Translations under genes and position numbers: made by a program
Assembly (NCBI GenBank): GCA_964057225.1
Contig: OZ059898.1
Location: 372,001 to 436,000, forward strand
Reading direction: 5' to 3'
Source of the DNA: Auanema rhodensis
Lineage: Eukaryota > Animalia > Nematoda
Length of the DNA: 64,000 bases
The notes under the pieces: model-generated
Told to the model about the DNA's origin: nothing
The model's database searches: none
What the model saw: only the letters and a program-made list of their open reading frames with translations
Part shown: in pieces, positions 15,001-30,000 of the stretch
Position numbering within the stretch: the first letter of the stretch is position 1
Layout of the letters: each line of letters opens with the position of its first letter

Positions 15001-18000
15001 AGTGCACATCACGTGTACATTTAATTAGCATAAATTAAAGTTCACGTAAATTTCAAAGTCATGGTTAACATGAACCAATATCAATAAAAATTTGTTTTTA
15101 GACTAATATGGACATGGGGAATCTAATTTTGAAAACCGCATCTCTTTATCTTTCACGTGAAGCGAGTTACATACCAAGTGCACATCACGTGTACATTTAA
15201 TTAGCATAAATTAAAGTTCACGTAAATTTCAAAGTCATGGTTACCATGCACCAATATCAATAAAAATTTGTTTTTAGACTAATATGGACATGGGGAATCT
15301 AATTTTGAAAACCGCATCTCTTTATCTTTCACGTGAAGCGAGTTACATGCCAAGTGCACATCACGTGTACATTTAATTAGCATAAATTAAAGTTCACGTA
15401 AATTTCAAAGTCATGGTTACCATGAACCAATATCAATAAAAATTTGTTTTTAGACTAATATGGACATGGGGAATCTAATTTTGAAAACCGCATCTCTTTA
15501 TCTTTCACGTGAAGCGAGTTACATGCCAAGTGCACATCACGTGTACATTTAATTAGCATAAATTAAAGTTCACGTAAATTTCAAAGTCATGGTTACCATG
15601 AACCAATATCAATAAAAATTTGTTTTTAGACTAATATGGACATGGGGATTCTAATTTTGAAAATCGCATCTCTTTATCTTTCACGTGAAGCGAGTTACAT
15701 ACCAAGTGTACATCAAGTGTACATTTAATTAGCATAAATTAAAGTTGACGTAAATTTCAAAGTCATGGTTACCATGAACCAATATCAATAAAAATTTGTT
15801 TTTAGACTAATATGGACATGGGGAATCTAATTTTGAAAACCGCATCTCTTTATCTTTCACGTGAAGCGAGTTACATACCAAGTGCACATCACGTGTACAT
15901 TTAATTAGCATAAATTAAAGTTCACGTAAATTTCAAAGTCATGGTTACCATGCACCAATATCAATAAAAATTTGTTTTTAGACTAATATGGACATGGGGA
16001 ATCTAATTTTGAAAACCGCATCTCTTTATCTTTCACGTGAAGCGAGTTACATACCAAGTGCACATCACGTGTACATTTAATTAGCATAAATTAAAGTTCA
16101 CGTAAATTTCAAAGTCATGGTTAACATGAACCAATATCAATAAAAATTTGTTTTTAGACTAATATGGACATGGGGAATCTAATTTTGAAAACCGCATCTC
16201 TTTATCTTTCACGTGAAGCGAGTTACATACCAAGTGCACATCACGTGTACATTTAATTAGCATAAATTAAAGTTCACGTAAATTTCAAAGTCATGGTTAC
16301 CATGCACCAATATCAATAAAAATTTGTTTTTAGACTAATATGGACATGGGGAATCTAATTTTGAAAACCGCATCTCTTTATCTTTCACGTGAAGCGAGTT
16401 ACATACCAAGTGCACATCACGTGTACATTTAATTAGCATAAATTAAAGTTCACGTAAATTTCAAAGTCATGGTTACCATGCACCAATATCAATAAAAATT
16501 TGTTTTTAGACTAATATGGACATGGGGAATCTAATTTTGAAAACCGCATCTCTTTATCTTTCACGTGAAGCGAGTTACATACCAAGTGCACATCACGTGT
16601 ACATTTAATTAGCATAAATTAAAGTTCACGTAAATTTCAAAGTCATGGTTAACATGAACCAATATCAATAAAAATTTGTTTTTAGACTAATATGGACATG
16701 GGGAATCTAATTTTGAAAACCGCATCTCTTTATCTTTCACGTGAAGCGAGTTACATACCAAGTGCACATCACGTGTACATTTAATTAGCATAAATTAAAG
16801 TTCACGTAAATTTCAAAGTCATGGTTACCATGCACCAATATCAATAAAAATTTGTTTTTAGACTAATATGGACATGGGGAATCTAATTTTGAAAACCGCA
16901 TCTCTTTATCTTTCACGTGAAGCGAGTTACATGCCAAGTGCACATCACGTGTACATTTAATTAGCATAAATTAAAGTTCACGTAAATTTCAAAGTCATGG
17001 TTACCATGAACCAATATCAATAAAAATTTGTTTTTAGACTAATATGGACATGGGGAATCTAATTTTGAAAACCGCATCTCTTTATCTTTCACGTGAAGCG
17101 AGTTACATGCCAAGTGCACATCACGTGTACATTTAATTAGCATAAATTAAAGTTCACGTAAATTTCAAAGTCATGGTTACCATGAACCAATATCAATAAA
17201 AATTTGTTTTTAGACTAATATGGACATGGGGATTCTAATTTTGAAAATCGCATCTCTTTATCTTTCACGTGAAGCGAGTTACATACCAAGTGTACATCAA
17301 GTGTACATTTAATTAGCATAAATTAAAGTTGACGTAAATTTCAAAGTCATGGTTACCATGAACCAATATCAATAAAAATTTGTTTTTAGACTAATATGGA
17401 CATGGGGAATCTAATTTTGAAAACCGCATCTCTTTATCTTTCACGTGAAGCGAGTTACATACCAAGTGCACATCACGTGTACATTTAATTAGCATAAATT
17501 AAAGTTCACGTAAATTTCAAAGTCATGGTTACCATGCACCAATATCAATAAAAATTTGTTTTTAGACTAATATGGACATGGGGAATCTAATTTTGAAAAC
17601 CGCATCTCTTTATCTTTCACGTGAAGCGAGTTACATACCAAGTGCACATCACGTGTACATTTAATTAGCATAAATTAAAGTTCACGTAAATTTCAAAGTC
17701 ATGGTTAACATGAACCAATATCAATAAAAATTTGTTTTTAGACTAATATGGACATGGGGAATCTAATTTTGAAAACCGCATCTCTTTATCTTTCACGTGA
17801 AGCGAGTTACATACCAAGTGCACATCACGTGTACATTTAATTAGCATAAATTAAAGTTCACGTAAATTTCAAAGTCATGGTTACCATGCACCAATATCAA
17901 TAAAAATTTGTTTTTAGACTAATATGGACATGGGGAATCTAATTTTGAAAACCGCATCTCTTTATCTTTCACGTGAAGCGAGTTACATACCAAGTGCACA

Positions 18001-21000
18001 TCACGTGTACATTTAATTAGCATAAATTAAAGTTCACGTAAATTTCAAAGTCATGGTTACCATGCACCAATATCAATAAAAATTTGTTTTTAGACTAATA
18101 TGGACATGGGGAATCTAATTTTGAAAACCGCATCTCTTTATCTTTCACGTGAAGCGAGTTACATACCAAGTGCACATCACGTGTACATTTAATTAGCATA
18201 AATTAAAGTTCACGTAAATTTCAAAGTCATGGTTAACATGAACCAATATCAATAAAAATTTGTTTTTAGACTAATATGGACATGGGGAATCTAATTTTGA
18301 AAACCGCATCTCTTTATCTTTCACGTGAAGCGAGTTACATACCAAGTGCACATCACGTGTACATTTAATTAGCATAAATTAAAGTTCACGTAAATTTCAA
18401 AGTCATGGTTACCATGCACCAATATCAATAAAAATTTGTTTTTAGACTAATATGGACATGGGGAATCTAATTTTGAAAACCGCATCTCTTTATCTTTCAC
18501 GTGAAGCGAGTTACATGCCAAGTGCACATCACGTGTACATTTAATTAGCATAAATTAAAGTTCACGTAAATTTCAAAGTCATGGTTACCATGAACCAATA
18601 TCAATAAAAATTTGTTTTTAGACTAATATGGACATGGGGAATCTAATTTTGAAAACCGCATCTCTTTATCTTTCACGTGAAGCGAGTTACATGCCAAGTG
18701 CACATCACGTGTACATTTAATTAGCATAAATTAAAGTTCACGTAAATTTCAAAGTCATGGTTACCATGCACCAATATCAATAAAAATTTGTTTTTAGACT
18801 AATATGGACATGGGGAATCTAATTTTGAAAACCGCATCTCTTTATCTTTCACGTGAAGCGAGTTACATACCAAGTGCACATCACGTGTACATTTAATTAG
18901 CATAAATTAAAGTTCACGTAAATTTCAAAGTCATGGTTACCATGAACCAATATCAATAAAAATTTGTTTTTAGACTAATATGGACATGGGGATTCTAATT
19001 TTGAAAATCGCATCTCTTTATCTTTCACGTGAAGCGAGTTACATACCAAGTGTACATCAAGTGTACATTTAATTAGCATAAATTAAAGTTCACGTAAATT
19101 TCAAAGTCATGGTTACCATGAACCAATATCAATAAAAATTTGTTTTTAGACTAATATGGACATGGGGATTCTAATTTTGAAAATCGCATCTCTTTATCTT
19201 TCACGTGAAGCGAGTTACATACCAAGTGTACATCAAGTGTACATTTAATTAGCATAAATTAAAGTTCACGTAAATTTCAAAGTCATGGTTACCATGAACC
19301 AATATCAATAAAAATTTGTTTTTAGACTAATATGGACATGGGGATTCTAATTTTGAAAATCGCATCTCTTTATCTTTCACGTGAAGCGAGTTACATACCA
19401 AGTGTACATCAAGTGTACATTTAATTAGCATAAATTAAAGTTCACGTAAATTTCAAAGTCATGGTTACCATGAACCAATATCAATAAAAATTTGTTTTTA
19501 GACTAATATGGACATGGGGAATCTAATTTTGAAAACCGCATCTCTTTATCTTTCACGTGAAGCGAGTTACATACCAAGTGCACATCACGTGTACATTTAA
19601 TTAGCATAAATTAAAGTTCACGTAAATTTCAAAGTCATGGTTACCATGCACCAATATCAATAAAAATTTGTTTTTAGACTAATATGGACATGGGGAATCT
19701 AATTTTGAAAACCGCATCTCTTTATCTTTCACGTGAAGCGAGTTACATACCAAGTGCACATCACGTGTACATTTAATTAGCATAAATTAAAGTTCACGTA
19801 AATTTCAAAGTCATGGTTAACATGAACCAATATCAATAAAAATTTGTTTTTAGACTAATATGGACATGGGGAATCTAATTTTGAAAACCGCATCTCTTTA
19901 TCTTTCACGTGAAGCGAGTTACATACCAAGTGCACATCACGTGTACATTTAATTAGCATAAATTAAAGTTCATGTAAATTTCAAAGTCATGGTTACCATG
20001 CACCAATATCAATAAAAATTTGTTTTTAGACTAATATGGACATGGGGAATCTAATTTTGAAAACCGCATCTCTTTATCTTTCACGTGAAGCGAGTTACAT
20101 ACCAAGTGCACATCACGTGTACATTTAATTAGCATAAATTAAAGTTCACGTAAATTTCAAAGTCATGGTTAACATGAACCAATATCAATAAAAATTTGTT
20201 TTTAGACTAATATGGACATGGGGAATCTAATTTTGAAAACCGCATCTCTTTATCTTTCACGTGAAGCGAGTTACATACCAAGTGCACATCACGTGTACAT
20301 TTAATTAGCATAAATTAAAGTTCACGTAAATTTCAAAGTCATGGTTACCATGCACCAATATCAATAAAAATTTGTTTTTAGACTAATATGGACATGGGGA
20401 ATCTAATTTTGAAAACCGTATCTCTTTATCTTTCACGTGAAGCGAGTTACATGCCAAGTGCACATCACGTGTACATTTAATTAGCATAAATTAAAGTTCA
20501 CGTAAATTTCAAAGTCATGGTTACCATGAACCAATATCAATAAAAATTTGTTTTTAGACTAATATGGACATGGGGAATCTAATTTTGAAAACCGCATCTC
20601 TTTATCTTTCACGTGAAGCGAGTTACATGCCAAGTGCACATCACGTGTACATTTAATTAGCATAAATTAAAGTTCACGTAAATTTCAAAGTCATGGTTAC
20701 CATGAACCAATATCAATAAAAATTTGTTTTTAGACTAATATGGACATGGGGATTCTAATTTTGAAAATCGCATCTCTTTATCTTTCACGTGAAGCGAGTT
20801 ACATACCAAGTGTACATCAAGTGTACATTTAATTAGCATAAATTAAAGTTCACGTAAATTTCAAAGTCATGGTTACCATGAACCAATATCAATAAAAATT
20901 TGTTTTTAGACTAATATGGACATGGGGAATCTAATTTTGAAAACCGCATCTCTTTATCTTTCACGTGAAGCGAGTTACATACCAAGTGCACATCACGTGT

Positions 21001-24000
21001 ACATTTAATTAGCATAAATTAAAGTTCACGTAAATTTCAAAGTCATGGTTACCATGCACCAATATCAATAAAAATTTGTTTTTAGACTAATATGGACATG
21101 GGGAATCTAATTTTGAAAACCGCATCTCTTTATCTTTCACGTGAAGCGAGTTACATACCAAGTGCACATCACGTGTACATTTAATTAGCATAAATTAAAG
21201 TTCACGTAAATTTCAAAGTCATGGTTAACATGAACCAATATCAATAAAAATTTGTTTTTAGACTAATATGGACATGGGGAATCTAATTTTGAAAACCGCA
21301 TCTCTTTATCTTTCACGTGAAGCGAGTTACATACCAAGTGCACATCACGTGTACATTTAATTAGCATAAATTAAAGTTCACGTAAATTTCAAAGTCATGG
21401 TTACCATGCACCAATATCAATAAAAATTTGTTTTTAGACTAATATGGACATGGGGAATCTAATTTTGAAAACCGCATCTCTTTATCTTTCACGTGAACCG
21501 AGTTACATACCAAGTGCACATCACGTGTACATTCAATTAGCATAAATTAAAGTTCACGTAAATTTCAAAGTCATGGTTACCATGAACCAATATCAATAAA
21601 AATTTGTTTTTAGACTAATATGGACATGGGGAATCTAATTTTGAAAACCGCATCTCTTAATCTTTCACGTGAAGCGAGTTACATACCAAGTGCACATCAC
21701 GTGTACATTTAATTAGCATAAATTAAAGTTCACGTAAATTTCAAAGTCATGGTTACCATGAACCAATATCAATAAAAATTTGTTTTTAGACTAATATGGA
21801 CATGGGGATTCTAATTTTGAAAATCGCATCTCTTTATCTTTCACGTGAAGCGAGTTACATACCAAGTGTACATCAAGTGTACATTTAATTAGCATAAATT
21901 AAAGTTGACGTAAATTTCAAAGTCATGGTTACCATGAACCAATATCAATAAAAATTTGTTTTTAGACTAATATGGACATGGGGATTCTAATTTTGAAAAT
22001 CGCATCTCTTTATCTTTCACGTGAAGCGAGTTACATACCAAGTGCACATCACGTGTACATTTAATTAGCATAAATTAAAGTTCACGTAAATTTCAAAGTC
22101 ATGGTTACCATGAACCAATATCAATAAAAATTTGTTTTTAGACTAATATGGACATGGGGAATCTAATTTTGAAAACCGTATCTCTTTATCTTTCACGTGA
22201 AGCGAGTTACATACCAAGTGCACATCACGTGTACATTTAATTAGCATAAATTAAAGTTCACGTAAATTTCAAAGTCATGGTTACCATGCACCAATATCAA
22301 TAAAAATTTGTTTTTAGACTAATATGGACATGGGGATTCTAATTTTGAAAATCGCATCTCTTTATCTTTCACGTGAAGCGAGTTACATACCAAGTGTACA
22401 TCAAGTGTACATTTAATTAGCATAAATTAAAGTTCACGTAAATTTCAAAGTCATGGTTACCATGAACCAATATCAATAAAAATTTGTTTTTAGACTAATA
22501 TGGACATGGGGAATCTAATTTTGAAAACCGCATCTCTTTATCTTTCACGTGAAGCGAGTTACATACCAAGTGCACATCACGTGTACATTTAATTAGCATA
22601 AATTAAAGTTCACGTAAATTTCAAAGTCATGGTTACCATGCACCAATATCAATAAAAATTTGTTTTTAGACTAATATGGACATGGGGAATCTAATTTTGA
22701 AAACCGCATCTCTTTATCTTTCACGTGAAGCGAGTTACATACCAAGTGCACATCACGTGTACATTTAATTAGCATAAATTAAAGTTCACGTAAATTTCAA
22801 AGTCATGGTTAACATGAACCAATATCAATAAAAATTTGTTTTTAGACTAATATGGACATGGGGAATCTAATTTTGAAAACCGCATCTTTTTATCTTTCAC
22901 GTGAAGCGAGTTACATACCAAGTGCACATCACGTGTACATTTAATTAGCATAAATTAAAGTTCACGTAAATTTCAAAGTCATGGTTACCATGAACCAATA
23001 TCAATAAAAATTTGTTTTTAGACTAATATGGACATGGGGAATCTAATTTTGAAAACCGCATCTCTTTATCTTTCACGTGAAGCGAGTTACATGCCAAGTG
23101 CACATCACGTGTACATTTAATTAGCATAAATTAAAGTTCACGTAAATTTCAAAGTCATGGTTACCATGAACCAATATCAATAAAAATTTGTTTTTAGACT
23201 AATATGGACATGGGGATTCTAATTTTGAAAATCGCATCTCTTTATCTTTCACGTGAAGCGAGTTACATACCAAGTGTACATCAAGTGTACATTTAATTAG
23301 CATAAATTAAAGTTCACGTAAATTTCAAAGTCATGGTTACCATGAACCAATATCAATAAAAATTTGTTTTTAGACTAATATGGACATGGGGAATCTAATT
23401 TTGAAAACCGCATCTCTTTATCTTTCACGTGAAGCGAGTTACATACCAAGTGCACATCACGTGTACATTTAATTAGCATAAATTAAAGTTCACGTAAATT
23501 TCAAAGTCATGGTTACCATGCACCAATATCAATAAAAATTTGTTTTTAGACTAATATGGACATGGGGAATCTAATTTTGAAAACCGCATCTCTTTATCTT
23601 TCACGTGAAGCGAGTTACATACCAAGTGCACATCACGTGTACATTTAATTAGCATAAATTAAAGTTCACGTAAATTTCAAAGTCATGGTTACCATGCACC
23701 AATATCAATAAAAATTTGTTTTTAGACTAATATGGACATGGGGATTCTAATTTTGAAAATCGCATCTCTTTATCTTTCACGTGAAGCGAGTTACATACCA
23801 AGTGTACATCAAGTGTACATTTAATTAGCATAAATTAAAGTTCACGTAAATTTCAAAGTCATGGTTACCATGAACCAATATCAATAAAAATTTGTTTTTA
23901 GACTAATATGGACATGGGGAATCTAATTTTGAAAACCGCATCTCTTTATCTTTCACGTGAAGCGAGTTACATACCAAGTGCACATCACGTGTACATTTAA

Positions 24001-27000
24001 TTAGCATAAATTAAAGTTCACGTAAATTTCAAAGTCATGGTTACCATGCACCAATATCAATAAAAATTTGTTTTTAGACTAATATGGACATGGGGAATCT
24101 AATTTTGAAAACCGCATCTCTTTATCTTTCACGTGAAGCGAGTTACATACCAAGTGCACATCACGTGTACATTTAATTAGCATAAATTAAAGTTCACGTA
24201 AATTTCAAAGTCATGGTTAACATGAACCAATATCAATAAAAATTTGTTTTTAGACTAATATGGACATGGGGAATCTAATTTTGAAAACCGCATCTTTTTA
24301 TCTTTCACGTGAAGCGAGTTACATACCAAGTGCACATCACGTGTACATTTAATTAGCATAAATTAAAGTTCACGTAAATTTCAAAGTCATGGTTACCATG
24401 AACCAATATCAATAAAAATTTGTTTTTAGACTAATATGGACATGGGGAATCTAATTTTGAAAACCGCATCTCTTTATCTTTCACGTGAAGCGAGTTACAT
24501 GCCAAGTGCACATCACGTGTACATTTAATTAGCATAAATTAAAGTTCACGTAAATTTCAAAGTCATGGTTACCATGAACCAATATCAATAAAAATTTGTT
24601 TTTAGACTAATATGGACATGGGGATTCTAATTTTGAAAATCGCATCTCTTTATCTTTCACGTGAAGCGAGTTACATACCAAGTGTACATCAAGTGTACAT
24701 TTAATTAGCATAAATTAAAGTTCACGTAAATTTCAAAGTCATGGTTACCATGAACCAATATCAATAAAAATTTGTTTTTAGACTAATATGGACATGGGGA
24801 ATCTAATTTTGAAAACCGCATCTCTTTATCTTTCACGTGAAGCGAGTTACATACCAAGTGCACATCACGTGTACATTTAATTAGCATAAATTAAAGTTCA
24901 CGTAAATTTCAAAGTCATGGTTACCATGCACCAATATCAATAAAAATTTGTTTTTAGACTAATATGGACATGGGGAATCTAATTTTGAAAACCGCATCTC
25001 TTTATCTTTCACGTGAAGCGAGTTACATACCAAGTGCACATCACGTGTACATTTAATTAGCATAAATTAAAGTTCACGTAAATTTCAAAGTCATGGTTAA
25101 CATGAACCAATATCAATAAAAATTTGTTTTTAGACTAATATGGACATGGGGAATCTAATTTTGAAAACCGCATCTCTTTATCTTTCACGTGAAGCGAGTT
25201 ACATACCAAGTGCACATCACGTGTACATTTAATTAGCATAAATTAAAGTTCACGTAAATTTCAAAGTCATGGTTACCATGCACCAATATCAATAAAAATT
25301 TGTTTTTAGACTAATATGGACATGGGGAATCTAATTTTGAAAACCGCATCTCTTTATCTTTCACGTGAAGCGAGTTACATACCAAGTGCACATCACGTGT
25401 ACATTTAATTAGCATAAATTAAAGTTCACGTAAATTTCAAAGTCATGGTTACCATGAACCAATATCAATAAAAATTTGTTTTTAGACTAATATGGACATG
25501 GGGAATCTAATTTTGAAAACCGCATCTCTTAATCTTTCACGTGAAGCGAGTTACATACCAAGTGCACATCACGTGTACATTTAATTAGCATAAATTAAAG
25601 TTCACGTAAATTTCAAAGTCATGGTTACCATGAACCAATATCAATAAAAATTTGTTTTTAGACTAATATGGACATGGGGATTCTAATTTTGAAAATCGCA
25701 TCTCTTTATCTTTCACGTGAAGCGAGTTACATACCAAGTGTACATCAAGTGTACATTTAATTAGCATAAATTAAAGTTGACGTAAATTTCAAAGTCATGG
25801 TTACCATGAACCAATATCAATAAAAATTTGTTTTTAGACTAATATGGACATGGGGATTCTAATTTTGAAAATCGCATCTCTTTATCTTTCACGTGAAGCG
25901 AGTTACATACCAAGTGTACATCAAGTGTACATTTAATTAGCATAAATTAAAGTTCACGTAAATTTCAAAGTCATGGTTACCATGAACCAATATCAATAAA
26001 AATTTGTTTTTAGACTAATATGGACATGGGGAATCTAATTTTGAAAACCGCATCTTTTTATCTTTCACGTGAAGCGAGTTACATACCAAGTGCACATCAC
26101 GTGTACATTTAATTAGCATAAATTAAAGTTCACGTAAATTTCAAAGTCATGGTTAACATGAACCAATATCAATAAAATTTTGTTTTTAGACTAATATGGA
26201 CATGGGGAATCTAATTTTGAAAACCGCATCTTTTTATCTTTCACGTGAAGCGAGTTACATACCAAGTGCACATCACGTGTACATTTAATTAGCATAAATT
26301 AAAGTTCACGTAAATTTCAAAGTCATGGTTACCATGAACCAATATCAATAAAAATTTGTTTTTAGACTAATATGGACATGGGGAATCTAATTTTGAAAAC
26401 CGCATCTCTTTATCTTTCACGTGAAGCGAGTTACATGCCAAGTGCACATCACGTGTACATTTAATTAGCATAAATTAAAGTTCACGTAAATTTCAAAGTC
26501 ATGGTTACCATGAACCAATATCAATAAAAATTTGTTTTTAGACTAATATGGACATGGGGATTCTAATTTTGAAAATCGCATCTCTTTATCTTTCACGTGA
26601 AGCGAGTTACATACCAAGTGTACATCAAGTGTACATTTAATTAGCATAAATTAAAGTTCACGTAAATTTCAAAGTCATGGTTACCATGAACCAATATCAA
26701 TAAAAATTTGTTTTTAGACTAATATGGACATGGGGAATCTAATTTTGAAAACCGCATCTCTTTATCTTTCACGTGAAGCGAGTTACATACCAAGTGCACA
26801 TCACGTGTACATTTAATTAGCATAAATTAAAGTTCACGTAAATTTCAAAGTCATGGTTACCATGCACCAATATCAATAAAAATTTGTTTTTAGACTAATA
26901 TGGACATGGGGAATCTAATTTTGAAAACCGCATCTCTTTATCTTTCACGTGAAGCGAGTTACATACCAAGTGCACATCACGTGTACATTTAATTAGCATA

Positions 27001-30000
27001 AATTAAAGTTCACGTAAATTTCAAAGTCATGGTTACCATGCACCAATATCAATAAAAATTTGTTTTTAGACTAATATGGACATGGGGAATCTAATTTTGA
27101 AAACCGCATCTCTTTATCTTTCACGTGAAGCGAGTTACATACCAAGTGCACATCACGTGTACATTTAATTAGCATAAATTAAAGTTCACGTAAATTTCAA
27201 AGTCATGGTTACCATGAACCAATATCAATAAAAATTTGTTTTTAGACTAATATGGACATGGGGAATCTAATTTTGAAAACCGCATCTCTTAATCTTTCAC
27301 GTGAAGCGAGTTACATACCAAGTGCACATCACGTGTACATTTAATTAGCATAAATTAAAGTTCACGTAAATTTCAAAGTCATGGTTACCATGAACCAATA
27401 TCAATAAAAATTTGTTTTTAGACTAATATGGACATGGGGATTCTAATTTTGAAAATCGCATCTCTTTATCTTTCACGTGAAGCGAGTTACATACCAAGTG
27501 TACATCAAGTGTACATTTAATTAGCATAAATTAAAGTTGACGTAAATTTCAAAGTCATGGTTACCATGAACCAATATCAATAAAAATTTGTTTTTAGACT
27601 AATATGGACATGGGGATTCTAATTTTGAAAATCGCATCTCTTTATCTTTCACGTGAAGCGAGTTACATACCAAGTGTACATCAAGTGTACATTTAATTAG
27701 CATAAATTAAAGTTCACGTAAATTTCAAAGTCATGGTTACCATGAACCAATATCAATAAAAATTTGTTTTTAGACTAATATGGACATGGGGAATCTAATT
27801 TTGAAAACCGTATCTCTTTATCTTTCACGTGAAGCGAGTTACATACCAAGTGCACATCACGTGTACATTTAATTAGCATAAATTAAAGTTCACGTAAATT
27901 TCAAAGTCATGGTTACCATGCACCAATATCAATAAAAATTTGTTTTTAGACTAATATGGACATGGGGATTCTAATTTTGAAAATCGCATCTCTTTATCTT
28001 TCACGTGAAGCGAGTTACATACCAAGTGTACATCAAGTGTACATTTAATTAGCATAAATTAAAGTTCACGTAAATTTCAAAGTCATGGTTACCATAAACC
28101 AATATCAATAAAAATTTGTTTTTAGACTAATATGGACATGGGGAATCTAATTTTGAAAACCGCATCTCTTTATCTTTCACGTGAAGCGAGTTACATACCA
28201 AGTGCACATCACGTGTACATTTAATTAGCATAAATTAAAGTTCACGTAAATTTCAAAGTCATGGTTACCATGCACCAATATCAATAAAAATTTGTTTTTA
28301 GACTAATATGGACATGGGGAATCTAATTTTGAAAACCGCATCTCTTTATCTTTCACGTGAAGCGAGTTACATACCAAGTGCACATCACGTGTACATTTAA
28401 TTAGCATAAATTAAAGTTCACGTAAATTTCAAAGTCATGGTTAACATGAACCAATATCAATAAAAATTTGTTTTTAGACTAATATGGACATGGGGAATCT
28501 AATTTTGAAAACCGCATCTCTTTATCTTTCACGTGAAGCGAGTTACATACCAAGTGCACATCACGTGTACATTTAATTAGCATAAATTAAAGTTCACGTA
28601 AATTTCAAAGTCATGGTTACCATGAACCAATATCAATAAAAATTTGTTTTTAGACTAATATGGACATGGGGAATCTAATTTTGAAAACCGCATCTCTTAA
28701 TTTTTCACGTGAAGCGAGTTACATACCAAGTGCACATCACGTGTACATTTAATTAGCATAAATTAAAGTTCACGTAAATTTCAAAGTCATGGTTACCATG
28801 AACCAATATCAATAAAAATTTGTTTTTAGACTAATATGGACATGGGGATTCTAATTTTGAAAATCGCATCTCTTTATCTTTCACGTGAAGCGAGTTACAT
28901 ACCAAGTGTACATCAAGTGTACATTTAATTAGCATAAATTAAAGTTCACGTAAATTTCAAAGTCATGGTTACCATGAACCAATATCAATAAAAATTTGTT
29001 TTTAGACTAATATGGACATGGGGATTCTAATTTTGAAAATCGCATCTCTTTATCTTTCACGTGAAGCGAGTTACATACCAAGTGTACATCAAGTGTACAT
29101 TTAATTAGCATAAATTAAAGTTCACGTAAATTTCAAAGTCATGGTTACCATGAACCAATATCAATAAAAATTTGTTTTTAGACTAATATGGACATGGGGA
29201 ATCTAATTTTGAAAACCGCATCTCTTTATCTTTCACGTGAAGCGAGTTACATACCAAGTGCACATCACGTGTACATTTAATTAGCATAAATTAAAGTTCA
29301 CGTAAATTTCAAAGTCATGGTTACCATGCACCAATATCAATAAAAATTTGTTTTTAGACTAATATGGACATGGGGAATCTAATTTTGAAAACCGCATCTC
29401 TTTATCTTTCACGTGAAGCGAGTTACATACCAAGTGCACATCACGTGTACATTTAATTAGCATAAATTAAAGTTCACGTAAATTTCAAAGTCATGGTTAA
29501 CATGAACCAATATCAATAAAAATTTGTTTTTAGACTAATATGGACATGGGGAATCTAATTTTGAAAACCGCATCTCTTTATCTTTCACGTGAAGCGAGTT
29601 ACATACCAAGTGCACATCACGTGTACATTTAATTAGCATAAATTAAAGTTCACGTAAATTTCAAAGTCATGGTTACCATGAACCAATATCAATAAAAATT
29701 TGTTTTTAGACTAATATGGACATGGGGATTCTAATTTTGAAAATCGCATCTCTTTATCTTTCACGTGAAGCGAGTTACATACCAAGTGTACATCAAGTGT
29801 ACATTTAATTAGCATAAATTAAAGTTCACGTAAATTTCAAAGTCATGGTTACCATGAACCAATATCAATAAAAATTTGTTTTTAGACTAATATGGACATG
29901 GGGATTCTAATTTTGAAAATCGCATCTCTTTATCTTTCACGTGAAGCGAGTTACATACCAAGTGTACATCAAGTGTACATTTAATTAGCATAAATTAAAG

